Source of the DNA: Laetmonice hystrix
Taxonomy: Eukaryota
Assembly: GCA_965235115.1 (NCBI GenBank)
Contig: OZ249436.1
Location: 29,762,001-29,826,000 of the forward strand
Length of the DNA: 64,000 nucleotides
Reading direction: 5' to 3'
Made by a program: the position numbers and the translations under genes. Of this stretch, positions 62,698-64,000 are shown piece by piece (positions within the stretch are counted from its first letter, which is position 1; every line of letters starts with the position of its first letter). The notes below the pieces were generated by a model. That model worked only from the letters and a program-made list of their open reading frames with translations. It ran no database searches and had not been told where the DNA came from.

Positions 62698-64000
62698 ACA
62701 CCCCACGGTACCGGTTATATCCATGTAACCGAGCCCACGACCATTTCCGTATAACCCGGTCTGGGACCCGGCGGGGATTGAACGCGGAACGCTGGAATGG
62801 CAATCCTACGCCCTATACCACTACGCCATGGCGTCACACTCAATCCATGCGCTCTAACCACTACACTAGCCGGGACACTTACACTGTTTAGAGTTGAACT
62901 GGACCAGATGGCCTCGTGGTGCTATGAATAAAACCCCTCGCTGACGCTCGGGGTTTTATTCATAGCACCCCTCGTAATTTTTTTTCTTTCTCTGTAGGCA
63001 TCAACTTCTTGTCGAGAATATTCCTATGGCAAATAATGGATATGGACATCATTTCTTACTTTGTCAATGAAAACATTTATTTTCACAATGAAATTTATTT
63101 CGCCAAATATAATCACTTTCTTTTTTCCTTTTTTATTTACTGCTGTGTCAATTCAAGGTGAAATAATAATTGTGAAATGATGAGCCGGTTATAAACGCGT
63201 CGAGGCTGGATGTTGATGTCGGGTAACCTGAGTCCTTTCCGTTGTGTCGACAGGCTTTGCGCTAGCTTCTAATATTCGGCCCAATTCCCGCTGCTGATCT
63301 ACTGATGTCCTTTTATATGAACGAACTCATACTTAGAAAAGGCACAATAAAATTCACCACCCAAAAAATTGTTTCTATTATGAGCATAATTTGAGTGTCA
63401 TAGGGGATTGGAACTCGCGATGTTGGGTTCACGAGGCGACGACTCTAACCATTACACCACAGAAGCCCCTTTAGTATGTTTCCAGGCTAATCTGTCCTGT
63501 GTGCTGCAAAAATGCCAAGGTCATGGTCAATATGTGGTCGGTCAAAGAAGGGGTCAGCGAACCGCGACGACAGGCGTGCATGGTGTTTACATGTTATTTC
63601 CGTCTCACAACAGTGCAGAAAGGTGTTTATATAACCGCCCATGGGTTGGTTATACCATTGAATTCAGTGAGGACTCGGCATTTGATCCATATAACCGGAC
63701 ATGCAGTGCAGAAAGGATTATATGAGACCTGTACAAAAATACCTCATTTTATCGGAAAAACAATTTTAATGTTAAAATCCTTTTTCCTCTGTGGTGTATA
63801 CATGTTATTCAACTATTCAACGAGGGGGGTTATTGATAGCACCCCTCGGTTGATTATTTTTTCTCGAAAGAAACCAAGGAGTTCTTGACACAAAATTAAC
63901 TTATTAGGTAAATAAATTGTTGAAAGAAAACAAAGAATCTAGACGGGTGGTCCCCTGCCTACCAGATATACGTAGCAGTCAATATAGACCTGGGGACCCG

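Overview
Eukaryotic (metazoan, probably marine invertebrate deuterostome; inferred from spliceosomal introns and the repeat families present) genomic DNA that is almost entirely nested transposable-element debris around one intact host gene. Main content: (1) a spliced SAM-dependent methyltransferase gene (METTL27/WBSCR27-like, 5 coding exons, 226 aa, 32832-35834 +); (2) two young Gmr1-type (PR-IN-RT order) Ty3/gypsy LTR retrotransposons (10235-16802 +, 37861-43811 -), both tRNA-Pro primed and both lacking the integrase core; (3) a decayed Polinton/Maverick (adintovirus-like) element: a major capsid protein fragment plus a protein-primed DNA polymerase B that can be re-assembled across nested insertions (48.2-60.1 kb); (4) Helentron-type HINEs, one carrying a ~146-bp satellite; (5) many non-autonomous DNA transposons (Academ-like foldbacks, piggyBac-, Kolobok-, Harbinger-, Tc1/mariner-like, CAG-ended MITEs with 5/6-bp TSDs), with up to five nesting levels inside a host repeat whose compact paralog lies at 60.1-62.7 kb; (6) abundant TA-N(3-4)-TA palindromic insertions (TAGGCCTA etc.) and a probable P-element excision footprint. 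No CRISPR, rRNA or intact tRNA was found. Family assignments come from motif recognition by eye, not database searches.
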